From: an uncultured Chloroflexia bacterium
GTDB taxonomy: Bacteria > Chloroflexota > Limnocylindria > Limnocylindrales > CSP1-4
Reading direction: 5' to 3'
Length of the DNA: 64,000 nucleotides
Assembly: GCA_963831715.1 (NCBI GenBank)
Contig: CAWHRB010000001.1
Span: forward strand, 15,287-79,286
Below are positions 18,030 to 30,862 of this stretch, piece after piece. How positions within the stretch are numbered: position 1 is the stretch's first letter; each line of letters starts with the position of its first letter. A program made the position numbers and the translations under genes. A model generated the notes under the pieces. The model was not told the DNA's origin. It searched no databases and saw only the letters and a program-made list of their open reading frames with translations.

Positions 18030-18539
18030 TCAGTCGATGAGCTCGTCCGCCAGGAGTTCCATCAGCATGGCGTCGACCCATGTACCGTCGGCCATGCGCT
18101 GATAGCGACGCATCCGCCCGACCAGCCGGAATCCGACCTTCTCGTACGCGCTGATCGCACGCTCGTTGTCGGCGGCCGGGTCGATGGTGATCCGATGATG
18201 GCCGTCCTCGTCGATGAGGCGGCGTGCGAGGAGCCGGATCGCGGTGGGGCCGATGCCGTGACCCTGGGTCTCCTCGTCGAGGAACAGATCGATCCCGGCG
18301 TGGCGGAAGTCCGATTCGGTCTCCTCGGCGCTCTGGATCGCCCCGACCAAACGGCCATCGACCTCGATCGCGTACACGCGGAGGTCCGGCTCGCCGACGA
18401 TGATCTCGCGCTCGACGCGTTCGTCGTCCCACTCGCCCCACCAGCGCGCGATGCTGGGCTGCGCGAGCATGGTCGCGAGGGCGGGCGAATCTTCGGGCAG
18501 GATGGGACGGATGGTGATGGCGGGTGCGAAGACGGTCAT
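18030..18539 (-). CDS. GNAT acetyltransferase (aminoglycoside 6'-N-acetyltransferase-like)
   Basis: IARWW, AGIDLFL, QGHGIG, IDPAADNERAI.AYEKVGF. Confidence 0.85.
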   Translation of the reverse strand: MTVFAPAITIRPILPEDSPALATMLAQPSIARWWGEWDDERVEREIIVGEPDLRVYAIEVDGRLVGAIQSAEETESDFRHAGIDLFLDEETQGHGIGPTAIRLLARRLIDEDGHHRITIDPAADNERAISAYEKVGFRLVGRMRRYQRMADGTWVDAMLMELLADELID

Positions 18540-18836
18540 GCCCGGCAGGGTAATGGGTCGACGCAAGCCCTCCGCCGGTTCCTGGGCGTTCTCCCCCGCG
18601 CGCGGGACCTAAGTCCTAGAGCGTCGAAGCGGCGCATGCGCTATAGTCGATAGGTCACCGGTCCGCAGCGACGGGCCCGGTCGAGCGCCTCGATAACGGA
18701 CGCTCCCGGTACTCCGCCCGGACCACTACCACCGCTCCGCCCCCGATATCGGCGTGCGATGCGGAAGCAACAAGGGTCGCTGCCCAGGCACAGAACGCCT
18801 GTGGCGCGCCAGAAAGCACGAAGAACCAACACTCGA

Positions 18837-19052
18837 ATGATGACCAGAACAGCGACTGCGACGTACGCCGGTCGCGCCAGCTCCATGCGTCGATTGCGCC
18901 GTCGCGCCGTCGCCGCCAACACCAACCCGGATCGACCCTTCTGTCGCACCAACGGCTGCGCCAGCTTCCTCGACGTCGATACCTCCGCCGGCACGGCCAC
19001 ATGCGCCGTGTGCGGCTCCACGCAGCGAGCGCGCTCGCGTCGCGCCGAGTAG
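18837..19052 (+). CDS. Small basic zinc-ribbon protein
   Basis: C-x4-C...CAVC motif; lies downstream of a TATAGT -10 at 18642. Confidence 0.5.
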   Translation: MMTRTATATYAGRASSMRRLRRRAVAANTNPDRPFCRTNGCASFLDVDTSAGTATCAVCGSTQRARSRRAE

Positions 19053-19098
19053 GACCACCGACAGGCAACCTGTCGCTGACCGAGGCTAAGGTTCGGTC

Positions 19099-22000
19099 GT
19101 GCAGTCGATCGACGGACGACCCGTCTACGCCGCCACGGACCTGGTCGCCTATCTCGCCTGTGAGCACCTCACGGAGCTCGAGCGCGCGGCGATGGCGGGC
19201 CTGGTGAAGCGGCCGATGCGCGCCGATCCCGAGCTCGATGTGATCCGCAAGCGCGGCTTCGAGCACGAGCAGCGCTACCTGGGCGAGCTCGAGGCGGACG
19301 GACGAACCATCAGACGCATCGAGCTCGACGGCTCGATCGAGGACGACGGCACTCGACTCCGCGCGGCCGCCGCCGAGACCATCGACGCCATGGCCGCCGG
19401 TGCGGACGTCGTCTATCAGGCGACGTTCTTCGACGGCACCTGGCGCGGCCACGCCGACTTCCTGCTCCGGGTCGATGGTGCGGACCGCCCATCCGTGTGG
19501 GGCGACTACCACTACGAGGTCGCGGACACCAAGCTCGCCCGGCACGTCAAGGCCAGCGCCGTGCTTCAGATCTGCTCGTATATCGATCAACTGGAGCGGA
19601 TCCAGGGGGTACGACCGGAGTGGCTCCATGTCGTCCTGGGCGGGTCGGCCCGGACCGTCGAGCGTCTCCGGGTCGACGACTACATGGCCTATTACAGGAG
19701 TGCGCGCGACCGCTTCCTGACTGCCGTCTCCGATGGTCGGCTGGTCGCGTTCCCACCAGCCGACACCTACCCCGAGCCCGTCGACCACTGCGATGTCTGC
19801 CGATGGGCGGCCGAGTGCACGATCCGGCGGCGCGCCGACGACCACCTCAGCCTGGTGGCGGGCATCTCGGCGTCGGCAGCGGCGCGCCCTCACGGAACGT
19901 GGCGTCGACACGCTGGAGGCGCTCGGCGACCTGACACTGCCCATGCAGCCGGCACTCGACGGCACGTCCGAGGGCGCCCTGACCCGCGTCCGCGAGCAGG
20001 CCCGGATCCAGCTGGAGGGTCGTCGCGAAGACCGCCTCAAGTACGAGCTCCTCCGCCCTGCCGCGGGTGCGGCATACGAGGCGGAGCGTGGTCTGGCCTC
20101 GCTCCCGCTGCCGTCGCCGGGCGACCTGTCCTTCGACATCGAAGGCGATCCATATGCGTTCGACGACGGCCTCGACTATCTCTTCGGTGTGCTCGAAGCG
20201 GACGGGACGTTCCACGCGTTCTGGTCGCGCGACCAGAGCGGTGAGTTCTCGCTCGACGGCGAGCGAGCGGCGTTCGAGCGGCTGATGGACTTCCTGATGG
20301 AGCGGCTCGCCGCGGACCCGTCGATGCACATCTACCACTACGCGCCGTACGAACCGACGGCGTTGAAGCGACTGATGGGTCGCTACGGGACGCGCGAAGC
20401 CGAGGTCGATCGGCTGCTGCGCGAGGGCGTCCTGATCGACCTTCTCCGCGCTGTCCGCCAGTCACTCCGTGCGTCGGTCGAGAGCTACTCGATCAAGCGG
20501 ATGGAAGCGTTCTACGACTTCACCCGGGAGATCGACCTGCGCGACGCGGGGTCGAGCATCGTGGCGTTCGAGACGTGGCTCGAGCTCGGGGAGGGTGAGC
20601 GGCCCGAGACCGACATCCTCGATCGGATCGAGCGCTATAACCGCGACGACGTCGTGTCGAACCAGCGACTGCGCGACTGGCTGGAGGTTCGCCGCGAGGA
20701 GCTGATCGCCGAAGGGATCGACGTCCCACGACCGGCCCCGCACGAGAACCCGCTCCCACCCGAACTGACCGAGGCGATGGCCAGGGTGCAGGCACTCGCC
20801 GACCGGCTGGCCGATCCGGCGGTCGTGCCCACCGACCCGCTCGAGCGATCCCCGGAGCAGCACGCTCGGTGGTTGCTGGCCCAGCTCCTCGGCTGGCATC
20901 GGCGCGAGGACAAGGCGATGTGGTGGGAGTTCCACCGCCTGCTCGACCTGACCCCCGAACAGCTCGTCGAGGAGAGTGATCCGGTCGGGCTGCTCGAGCC
21001 AGTCGAGGGCGTCGACGTCGTCAACAGGAACGGCCGTCAGACGTGGCGGTACCGGTTCCCGCCCCAGGACGTCGATCTGGGGCGTACCGGCGGGCGGTTG
21101 TTCGACCCGGCCAGGAAACAGGCCGACCCGGACGCATCCCCGTTCGACTGGGGCATCGGTGATCTCATCGGCGTCGACCTGGCCCAGCGGACCGTCGATA
21201 TCAAGCGTTCGCTCGACGACCCGCATCCGCGAGCAGTCGTGCCACTGCCCTGGATCCAGACCAAGGACCACCAGGCACGGCTCTACGAGCTGGGCGAGTG
21301 GGTCGCCGACAACGACATCGATGGCGCGGGCCCGGGTCGCGCGGTACGCGACCTGCTTCTCGGCCGTCCACCGCGCGTCGGCCAGGGCGAGGATGAGCCG
21401 CTCGCCCGTCCCGGAGAGACCGACCTGGATGCCGCCCGCCGGCTCGCGCTCAGCCTGGACCGGACAGTCCTGCCGATCCAGGGGCCGCCCGGATCCGGCA
21501 AGACCTACACCGGCGCCCGGATGATCATCACGTTGCTCGCGGCGGGCAAGCGAGTCGGCATCACGGCGACCAGCCACAAGGTCATCTCCAACCTCCTCCA
21601 GAAATCGCTGGAGGCGGCTGACGAGGAGGGCATCGCCGTCGCGGCGATCCAGCGTGGCGATGCCGACGTGATCGTGGTCGACGATCGAGTCGCTCGGGCC
21701 GGGCAGACGAAGGACCTCGTCGACGCGCTCGAAAACGGCACGGCCATGCTGGCAGCGGGCACCCCGTGGGTCTGGACGACAGAGCGGATGGCGGGGGCAG
21801 TCGACGTGCTGTTCGTCGACGAGGCCGGCCAGATGTCGCTCGCGAACGTCAGCGCGATGGCGCATGCGGCCGACAGCATCGTCCTGCTCGGCGACCCGCA
21901 GCAACTCGATCAGCCACTGCGCGGCTCGCACCCGCCGGGCGCGGATCGGTCCGCGCTCGCGCACGTCCTCGACGGTGCAGCCACGATCGCCGCCGAACGT

Positions 22001-22702
22001 GGCCTCTTCCTCGAGCGGACCTGGCGGCTCCATCCGGCCCTGTGCGAGTTCACGTCCGAGGTCTTCTACGATGACCGGCTCGAGCCCGAGTCGCACCTGG
22101 TCGTCCAGCGGATCGGGAGCCCACTCGAATTGGTCGACGGGGTCGGCCCGCGGCTGCTGCCCGTCGAGACGGTCGGGGCGGACAGCGAGTCGCCCGTCGA
22201 AGCGGCCGCGGTGGCCGACCTCGCCCGGTCGATCGTCGGCGGGTCGTGGACGGATGCGAAGGGCGTGACCAGGCCGCTCGGCTGGCGGGACGTCCTGGTC
22301 GTCGCGCCGTACAACGCCCATGTCGGTGCGATCCAGCGGCTGCTGCCGGCCGAGGCACGCGTCGGGACCGTCGACAAGTTCCAGGGTCAGGAGGCCCCGA
22401 TCAGCATCTACTCCCTGACGACGTCATCGCCCGAGCTGGCGCCGCGTGGCATGGACTTCCTCTACAGCCGGAACAGGCTGAATGTGGCGACATCGAGGGC
22501 GCGCTGTGTGGCGATCGTCGCCGGCTCGCCGGACCTGTGGCGCGTCCGGGCCAGGACGCCCGCCCAGATGCGGCTGGCCAACGCCTTCTGCCGGTTCGTG
22601 GAGCTGGCGGGGGTCGACGACGCGCGAGCCCAGATCGAGCGTGCGCCCGTCGGGCCGAACGGCCGGGGCGACGTCGAGTACCTGACGCTCGACTTGGCCT
22701 GA
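19099..22702 (+). pseudogene. TM0106-family RecB-like nuclease + RNase H-like + SF1 helicase, frameshifted near 19870 (possibly a sequencing error)
   Basis: ATDL..YLACEH, DFL, EVADTK, FDIEGDP, YSIK, YNRDD, QGPPGSGKT, DEAGQ, GDPQQL, GTVDKFQGQEA, NRLNVATSRA; removing one G joins GIS to RRQRRAL. Confidence 0.85.
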
Positions 22703-22728
22703 GTCGTCGTCCCGTACCATCGGCCGTC

Positions 22729-23982
22729 ATGGCCGATGCCCGACCGCTGAGTCCCGCGGAACTCGAACGACTCCGCCGGCGCACGGTTGCAGTCCTCATC
22801 GCTGGTGTGGCCCTTGGCAGCACGGGGCACATCGCAGCGGTGACGGTCGCCACGATCGTCGCCACCCACATCGCCGGTGGGACCACCATCTGGAGTGGGG
22901 CTCCGACCGCGACGGTCGTCCTCGGCGCTGCCGCCGGAGCCAGCGCGTTGTCGTGGTTGATGGTGCGTCGTGGACGTCGGGCCGGGCTGGCGACCGGCTA
23001 CGCGGTGAGCGTGATCGGGGCAGTCATCGCCACGATCGCGGTCGTGATGCTATCGCTACCACTGCTCTTGATGGGTACCGTGCTCATCGGCTTCGGGAAC
23101 GCATCGAACCAGCTGTCCCGCTATGTCTCGGCGGATCTCGCGCCACCCGACAGACGGGCCTCGGCCATCGGACTCGTCGTGTGGGCGGCGACCATCGGAG
23201 CCGTCGCCGGACCGAACCTCGTGGCGCCCTCCGGCCAGGTGGCCGTCGCGCTCGGACTCCCTGAGCTCAGCGGCCCATACCTCGTGCCGATCCTCTTCGT
23301 CGGGGCGGCTGCCGTCCTCTCGTTCGTGATGCTGCGACCCGATCCGTACGCGCTTGCCGATGTGTCGTCACGGCATGAGGACACGGGCGAGCGATCGGTC
23401 TCGGTTTCGCTGGCAAGCGTCCTCGCCCGCCCGAACGTGCCCGTCGCGATCGTCGCCCTGGTCGCAGGGCAGTTCGTGATGGTCCTGATCATGACGATGA
23501 CCCCGCTGCACATGGCTGACCACGGCCACGACCTGGCGGCCGTCGGGGTCGTCATCAGCGGCCACACGTTCGGGATGTTCGGGCTGTCACCGATCTCAGG
23601 CCGGCTCACCGACCAATTCGGGAGTGTGCCCGTGATCCTGTCCGGCCTTGGCGTGGTGGCGATCGCGTCGATCATGGCCGCGGTGGCACCGCCGGCGGGC
23701 GGTGTGCTGCTGTTCCTCGCGCTCTTCTTGCTTGGCTATGGCTGGAACCTCGGGTATGTGGCGGGCTCCGCCCTGTTGACGCACGGCCTGTCGCTTGCCG
23801 AGCGCACGCGGATCCAGGGCCTGACCGACACGCTCATCTGGAGCTCGGCGGCGGTCGCAAGCCTCGGATCGGGAGTGGTCCTGGCGTACGCGGGTTACGC
23901 GATCCTGGGCCTGATGGGTGCAGCCCTGGTGATCGTGCCGGCCATGCTGGTCATGGCCCGACGCTCGGCCGTCACGGGCTAG
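22729..23982 (+). CDS. MFS transporter
   Basis: About 12 TM helices, RRGRRAGL, SGRLTDQFG, MTMTPLHM. Confidence 0.88.
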   Translation: MADARPLSPAELERLRRRTVAVLIAGVALGSTGHIAAVTVATIVATHIAGGTTIWSGAPTATVVLGAAAGASALSWLMVRRGRRAGLATGYAVSVIGAVIATIAVVMLSLPLLLMGTVLIGFGNASNQLSRYVSADLAPPDRRASAIGLVVWAATIGAVAGPNLVAPSGQVAVALGLPELSGPYLVPILFVGAAAVLSFVMLRPDPYALADVSSRHEDTGERSVSVSLASVLARPNVPVAIVALVAGQFVMVLIMTMTPLHMADHGHDLAAVGVVISGHTFGMFGLSPISGRLTDQFGSVPVILSGLGVVAIASIMAAVAPPAGGVLLFLALFLLGYGWNLGYVAGSALLTHGLSLAERTRIQGLTDTLIWSSAAVASLGSGVVLAYAGYAILGLMGAALVIVPAMLVMARRSAVTG

Positions 23983-24006
23983 CCGTAGGGCGATCGGTCC
24001 CGGCTG

Positions 24007-24173
24007 GTTCGGTCATGGGGTGACCGAACGGGCGAACGAACGGGTGATCTGGGCCTGAGTCGGGGCGCTCAGCGGTCCGTTCGGCCATGGGGTGACCGAA
24101 CCGGCGAACGAACGGCTCGGACGGTGCCGCGTCGCGGGGCTCAGCCGTCCATTCGGTCATGGGGTGACCGAAC
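24007..24173. repeat. Three-unit palindromic repeat array with exact 72-bp period (REP-like)
   Basis: GTTCGGTCATGGGGTGACCGAAC hairpin cores at 24007, 24079 and 24151 (single mismatches in copies 2 and 3) between convergent genes. Confidence 0.85.
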
Positions 24174-24185
24174 GGGTAAGTCCGG

Positions 24186-25428
24186 CTACGGGCCGCCGAT
24201 CTCGCTGCGGATCCACTCGACCAACACGCGCGCGCACGTTTCGACCTCGTCGAGCGGCACGAACTCGTCGGCGCTATGCGCGACCCGGACATCGCCCGGC
24301 CCGAAGATCACGCACGGCGTGTCGCCATGGTTCACGAACATCTGCATGTCGGCGCCGTAGGGCTCACCAAGGAGTGCCGGTCGCCGGCCCGTGACGCGTT
24401 CGGCGGCTGCCGCCAGACCGACCGCCAACGGGTGATCGGACGCCACCCTCGCCGACCCGAACCGCCCGCCGGTGATCTCGACGGACGCCGGGTGATCTCT
24501 GAGGAATTCGTCGTCGGCGCACGCCGCCTCGATGGCCGACCGGAGCTCCGCCTCGGCTTCCGACGGGGTCTGGCCGAGCTCGGACGCCATATCGACCGTA
24601 TGCGACGACGCGGTCGAGGACGGTCGATGCCCACTCCCCGCCTTCGATGATGCCGATGATCGTCGGATACGGCAGGCCGAGCGCCGTCATGAGCGGGTCC
24701 GTCTCGGCGTCGTTGCGCCGTCGCTCGTCTGCTTCGAGCGCCTGCGAGAGCACGAAGAGCTTGTCGAGAGCCGACACTCCCTCGCGGCGCTGCGATGCGT
24801 GCGCAGCGCGGCCGGGCACCGTGAGCCGAAAGGTGATCGCGCCCGCGTGGGCGACCACGACGTCGAGCTGCGACGGCTCGGTGATGACGGCCAGGTCACC
24901 GACCGCGCCGGCACGGATCGCGGCGAGCGTGCCCTGTCCGCCATCCTCCTCGGAAGGCACGAGCGCCACGATCAGCTCGCCCGCGAGACCGGTCAGGCCG
25001 CCGGCTGCGGAGGCCAACGAACGCACGGCGGCCAGGATCGCCGCGACACCGCCCTTCATGTCGCAGGTCCCTCGACCGTACAGGCGTCCGTCGCGAATCT
25101 CGGCGGCCCACGGATCGACCGTCCACGTCGATGGGTCGCCAGGCGGCACCACGTCAAGATGACCGGACAGGATCAGGCGCCGGCCACCCGTCGTCCCGCC
25201 GCGGCCCACTACGACCGGCAGCGATGTCCGTGCCATCTCCTCGCCGGGCCATGCCGGATCCTGGCGGAACATGTCCAGGTCGGGCCGGATGACGTCGACC
25301 CGGAGCCCGAGCTCCTCGAGCGCGCCAGCGGCCCACTCGGCGATGGCTTCCTCGGATCCGGTGATGCTCCTGATCCGGACGAGCGTCGTCAGGTCATCGA
25401 GGAGTCGCTCCGGATCGATCTCAGGCAC
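24186..25428 (-). pseudogene. ArgE/DapE-family M20 deacylase, frameshifted near 24579 (possibly a sequencing error)
   Basis: SGHLDVVP, YGRGTCDMKGG, SEEDGG, TEP, GADM, FGPG, AHSADE; removing one base gives YGVRLGQT. Confidence 0.85.
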
Positions 25429-26284
25429 GAAGGATCGGGCGGGTCATACAGGTCGGTCCCCCGGAGCCGTTGATGCCGATCTCGATCGCGGGATACGTGT
25501 GGACCTCGCATCCGGCGGCTGCAAGGGCGGCCGACGTTTCGGGATTGCCTTCGGCGAGGATGACCACCCCTGGACGGACGGCGAGCACGTTGCATCCGAG
25601 CGTCGCGAACTCCCGCTCCGGGACCTCGATCAGCCGGATACCCAGGTCCTGGAACAGTTCCCAGAGGCCGACGGGCAGCAGTGGCAGGTACACGACCGCG
25701 AGGTCGTCGGCAACCGGCGAGATCACGCTCAGCAGGTGGATCAGCTCACCCGCTCCCTTCCAGTACGGCACATCGAAGACTCGGACGTCGCCGCCGACGA
25801 GATCTGCCAGCTGCGCAACGCCTGTCGAATTGGTACGCAGCGTGCGGCCGACACAGAAGAGGTCCGGGCGCAGCCAGAACGTGTCGCCGCCTTCGACCGT
25901 TCCGGACGGCTCGATGCGACCGAGTGTCGGGATGCCCGCAGCGGCCATCCAGCGCTCGAGGACGGCGGGCTCCCCTGCCCGATTCGGCTTGCCAGGGCGC
26001 AACGGGATGGCACCGCGATCGGTCACCAGCAACGGGTCGAAGGTGTAGACGAGGTCGGGCTCGTCCAACTCCTCATCGAGCACGTGGACTGTCGGCCCGA
26101 GCCTCGCCAGCACGTCGACGAACGCCTCGTGCTCGCGACGCGCCACCTCGAGGTCGACCGCGTGGAGGAAGCCGTGCGCCGGATCGTCGAACGCGCGCCC
26201 GAATGCCTGGGCCGGTGCCTTGACGAGCACGTCCCGGAGCGGCGCGGTCATGCTCTGGGCGCCATAGCCTCGGGGCGTGATCAT
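25421..26284 (-). CDS. Amidinotransferase-fold hydrolase (dimethylargininase/arginine deiminase family)
   Basis: YTFDP, EGGD, RTN..G, IHL, CNVL and catalytic GGPTCMTRP. Confidence 0.88.
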   Translation of the reverse strand: MITPRGYGAQSMTAPLRDVLVKAPAQAFGRAFDDPAHGFLHAVDLEVARREHEAFVDVLARLGPTVHVLDEELDEPDLVYTFDPLLVTDRGAIPLRPGKPNRAGEPAVLERWMAAAGIPTLGRIEPSGTVEGGDTFWLRPDLFCVGRTLRTNSTGVAQLADLVGGDVRVFDVPYWKGAGELIHLLSVISPVADDLAVVYLPLLPVGLWELFQDLGIRLIEVPEREFATLGCNVLAVRPGVVILAEGNPETSAALAAAGCEVHTYPAIEIGINGSGGPTCMTRPILRA

Positions 26285-26332
26285 CGGCGAAGGATAGCCG
26301 TGGGCCGAGGACCGGAGTACGCTGCCGGGACC

Positions 26333-26587
26333 ATGGCCGCCTATGCCGTGATGGCTCGCATCGGTCGCGTCGATCCGCACCTCTCGCTGTACGACGTCAA
26401 GCGGGATGGTGACCTTCCCGAGCCGCCCGCCGCGCTGACGAGCGGTGACGCGAGCGAGGACCTCGCTGCCGTCGAGCTCGACAGCGCGTCGGAGCCAGGC
26501 ACCGTCGTCGAACGGCTCATCCGATTGCAGGAGCTGTGGCGGCAGACGACCTTCTTCCTGTTCGACGCGGAGAGCTGGCGGACCTGA
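26333..26587 (+). CDS. Small hypothetical protein
   Basis: 84 aa ending WRQTTFFLFDAESWRT; TACGCT -10 just upstream. Confidence 0.5.
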   Translation: MAAYAVMARIGRVDPHLSLYDVKRDGDLPEPPAALTSGDASEDLAAVELDSASEPGTVVERLIRLQELWRQTTFFLFDAESWRT

Positions 26588-26614
26588 TCCCGGAGCCGGC
26601 CGGTAGACGTGGTG

Positions 26615-29035
<2,421 letters not shown>

Positions 29036-29121
29036 GAGCCAACTCCCCCTGGTTCCAGCCGTCAACACCCTATCACGCCCATATCGCCAAGACGTGGCGA
29101 TATCGCAAACGCATAACAGGG

Positions 29122-30249
29122 CTAGTGGGGAGGCGCTCCGAATCGACCTGCGTCAAGGGCGGTCGGGGTCGGGAACGCGGCATCCGTGATGAGGTCGGCG
29201 ATGAGACGTCCCGATGCTGGCCCCGTCGAGATGCCCCACGGTCCGTGGCCCGCGGCGACCCACAGGCCCTGCGTCCCTGGGACGCGCCCGATCAATGGCC
29301 GCCCATCCAGGCTCAGCGGTCGCGCGCACAGCCGGGGCTGAAGATGCCGAGCCTCGGCGATGGCCGGAACGAACGATGCTCCACGCCGCAGGATCGATGG
29401 CACCAGCGCCAACGGGTCCGGCTCGTCGACCAGGAAGGTCGAGCCGAGCGAGCTGGAGCCTGCTGCCGTGACGAGGCTGAACGCGTGGGCGGCTTCGTCA
29501 TCCTCATCCGCATCGGGCTCGATCGATATCTCCGCTTCCTCCAAGACGTGCCGCGGCGGGTCGGGCAGCTCGACCGGCACTACGACGCCCCAGCGACGCA
29601 CGATCGGCCGCCAGGCGCCAGTCGGATCCACGATCCCGGGCGTCCACGGACCTGCGGCCACCACCACGTCGCCCGCGGCGAGGCGCCCTCCATCGGCCAG
29701 GTCCACACCGAGTACCCGCTCGTCGTCACGCCAGATCCGCGCATCGCCGATCCGGATCTCGACGCCGCGCTGCTCGGCACGGCGCTGGTACGCGTGCGTC
29801 GCGGCGGCAGGTCCGACGGGATAGCCGATCGCGAGACGACACGCGGCGACGCCATCGCCGAGTGACGGCTCGAGGCGGCGGACCTCGGATGGCTCGAGGA
29901 ACGCCGGCTCCAGATGGGGATACGCCGCCGCCAGACCGGCCGCGAGGTCGCGAGCCCCGTCGACGTCATGGGTGACGCTCAGCAAGCCGGCGGGCTCCGG
30001 AGCGAAGTCGAGCCCGTCCAGCTCGCGATACAGCGCGAGTGTCTCGACGTATAGCTCGACCAGCACGCTGTCGAACGGGTGCTGGACGACACCCGAGTTC
30101 CGACCCGACGCACCGGCCGCGATGGCGGTCTTCTCGACGAGCACGACCCGCCGACCACGTTCAGCGAGATGGGCCGCCGCCGAGACACCGACGATGCCGC
30201 CACCGATGACGACCACGTCGACCGCCGGGTGAGTCGGCTGCGCGGGCAT
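29122..30249 (-). CDS. FAD-dependent oxidoreductase (DAO/glycine oxidase family)
   Basis: [43 protein letters not shown]. Confidence 0.88.
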   Translation of the reverse strand: MPAQPTHPAVDVVVIGGGIVGVSAAAHLAERGRRVVLVEKTAIAAGASGRNSGVVQHPFDSVLVELYVETLALYRELDGLDFAPEPAGLLSVTHDVDGARDLAAGLAAAYPHLEPAFLEPSEVRRLEPSLGDGVAACRLAIGYPVGPAAATHAYQRRAEQRGVEIRIGDARIWRDDERVLGVDLADGGRLAAGDVVVAAGPWTPGIVDPTGAWRPIVRRWGVVVPVELPDPPRHVLEEAEISIEPDADEDDEAAHAFSLVTAAGSSSLGSTFLVDEPDPLALVPSILRRGASFVPAIAEARHLQPRLCARPLSLDGRPLIGRVPGTQGLWVAAGHGPWGISTGPASGRLIADLITDAAFPTPTALDAGRFGAPPH

Positions 30250-30319
30250 CGGCCGATGATGTCATGCACCACCCGAGCGGATCCGGGCGCTGGGCAGCGA
30301 AACGCCGAACCGGTGTGTG

Positions 30320-30334
30320 GTTGCGTTGTCAACG
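30320..30334. promoter_or_regulatory. Possible MarR operator
   Basis: GTTGCGTTGTCAACG inverted repeat in the divergent region upstream of marR. Confidence 0.35.
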
Positions 30335-30364
30335 ACTACGGGAACGTGTACCATCCCGGACGCC

Positions 30365-30862
30365 ATGACCCTCACCGAGCACGCCGACACGCGGCCCCTC
30401 TCCTCGCGCGACCCGCGACTCGAGCCATGGCGCGCCTTCCTCAGCGCCCATGCCCGCGTCACGCGTCGGCTCGACGAGGAGCTGCGCGCCGAGCACGACC
30501 TCTCCCTGGCGGAGTACGACGCGCTCCTGACCATCGCGGATGCGCCCGATCGCCGCATCCGCATGCGACAACTCGCCGATCGCGTGATCCTCAGCAAGAG
30601 CGGTGTGACAAGGTTGATCGACCGTCTCGTGCTCGACGGCCTGGTGGAGCGCAAAGCCTGTGCCAGCGATGCCCGGGGGGCCGAGGCGGTCCTCACGTCG
30701 GCTGGCCTCGAGCGACTGCGCCGCGCCTCGAGGACCCACCTGCGGGGGATCGCCCAGCACTTCCTCGCGGCCGTCGACGACACCGATATCCCGACCATCG
30801 AGCGGTCGATGCTGGCGGTCGCCGACCATGCCGGCCCGGGCAGCGGCGACGCCTCCGACTGA
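30365..30862 (+). CDS. MarR-family transcriptional regulator
   Basis: LSLAEYDAL, RM.QLAD...SKSGVTRLIDRL..DGLVER, DARG..LT..G. Confidence 0.92.
   Translation: MTLTEHADTRPLSSRDPRLEPWRAFLSAHARVTRRLDEELRAEHDLSLAEYDALLTIADAPDRRIRMRQLADRVILSKSGVTRLIDRLVLDGLVERKACASDARGAEAVLTSAGLERLRRASRTHLRGIAQHFLAAVDDTDIPTIERSMLAVADHAGPGSGDASD

Noticed and set aside
18030-18539. A true aminoglycoside resistance gene
   Set aside because: Only family-level GNAT similarity is visible, there is no mobile context, and the substrate cannot be inferred.
24007-24173. Calling the array a bona fide CRISPR
   Set aside because: Only three units, spacers share their last 12 bp, no AT-rich leader and no cas genes in the window; kept as a repeat.
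23972-24292. 106-aa ORF with PFGHPMTE repeats as a real gene
   Set aside because: It overlaps the ArgE C-terminus in another frame, has no RBS, and is explained by the 72-bp DNA repeat.
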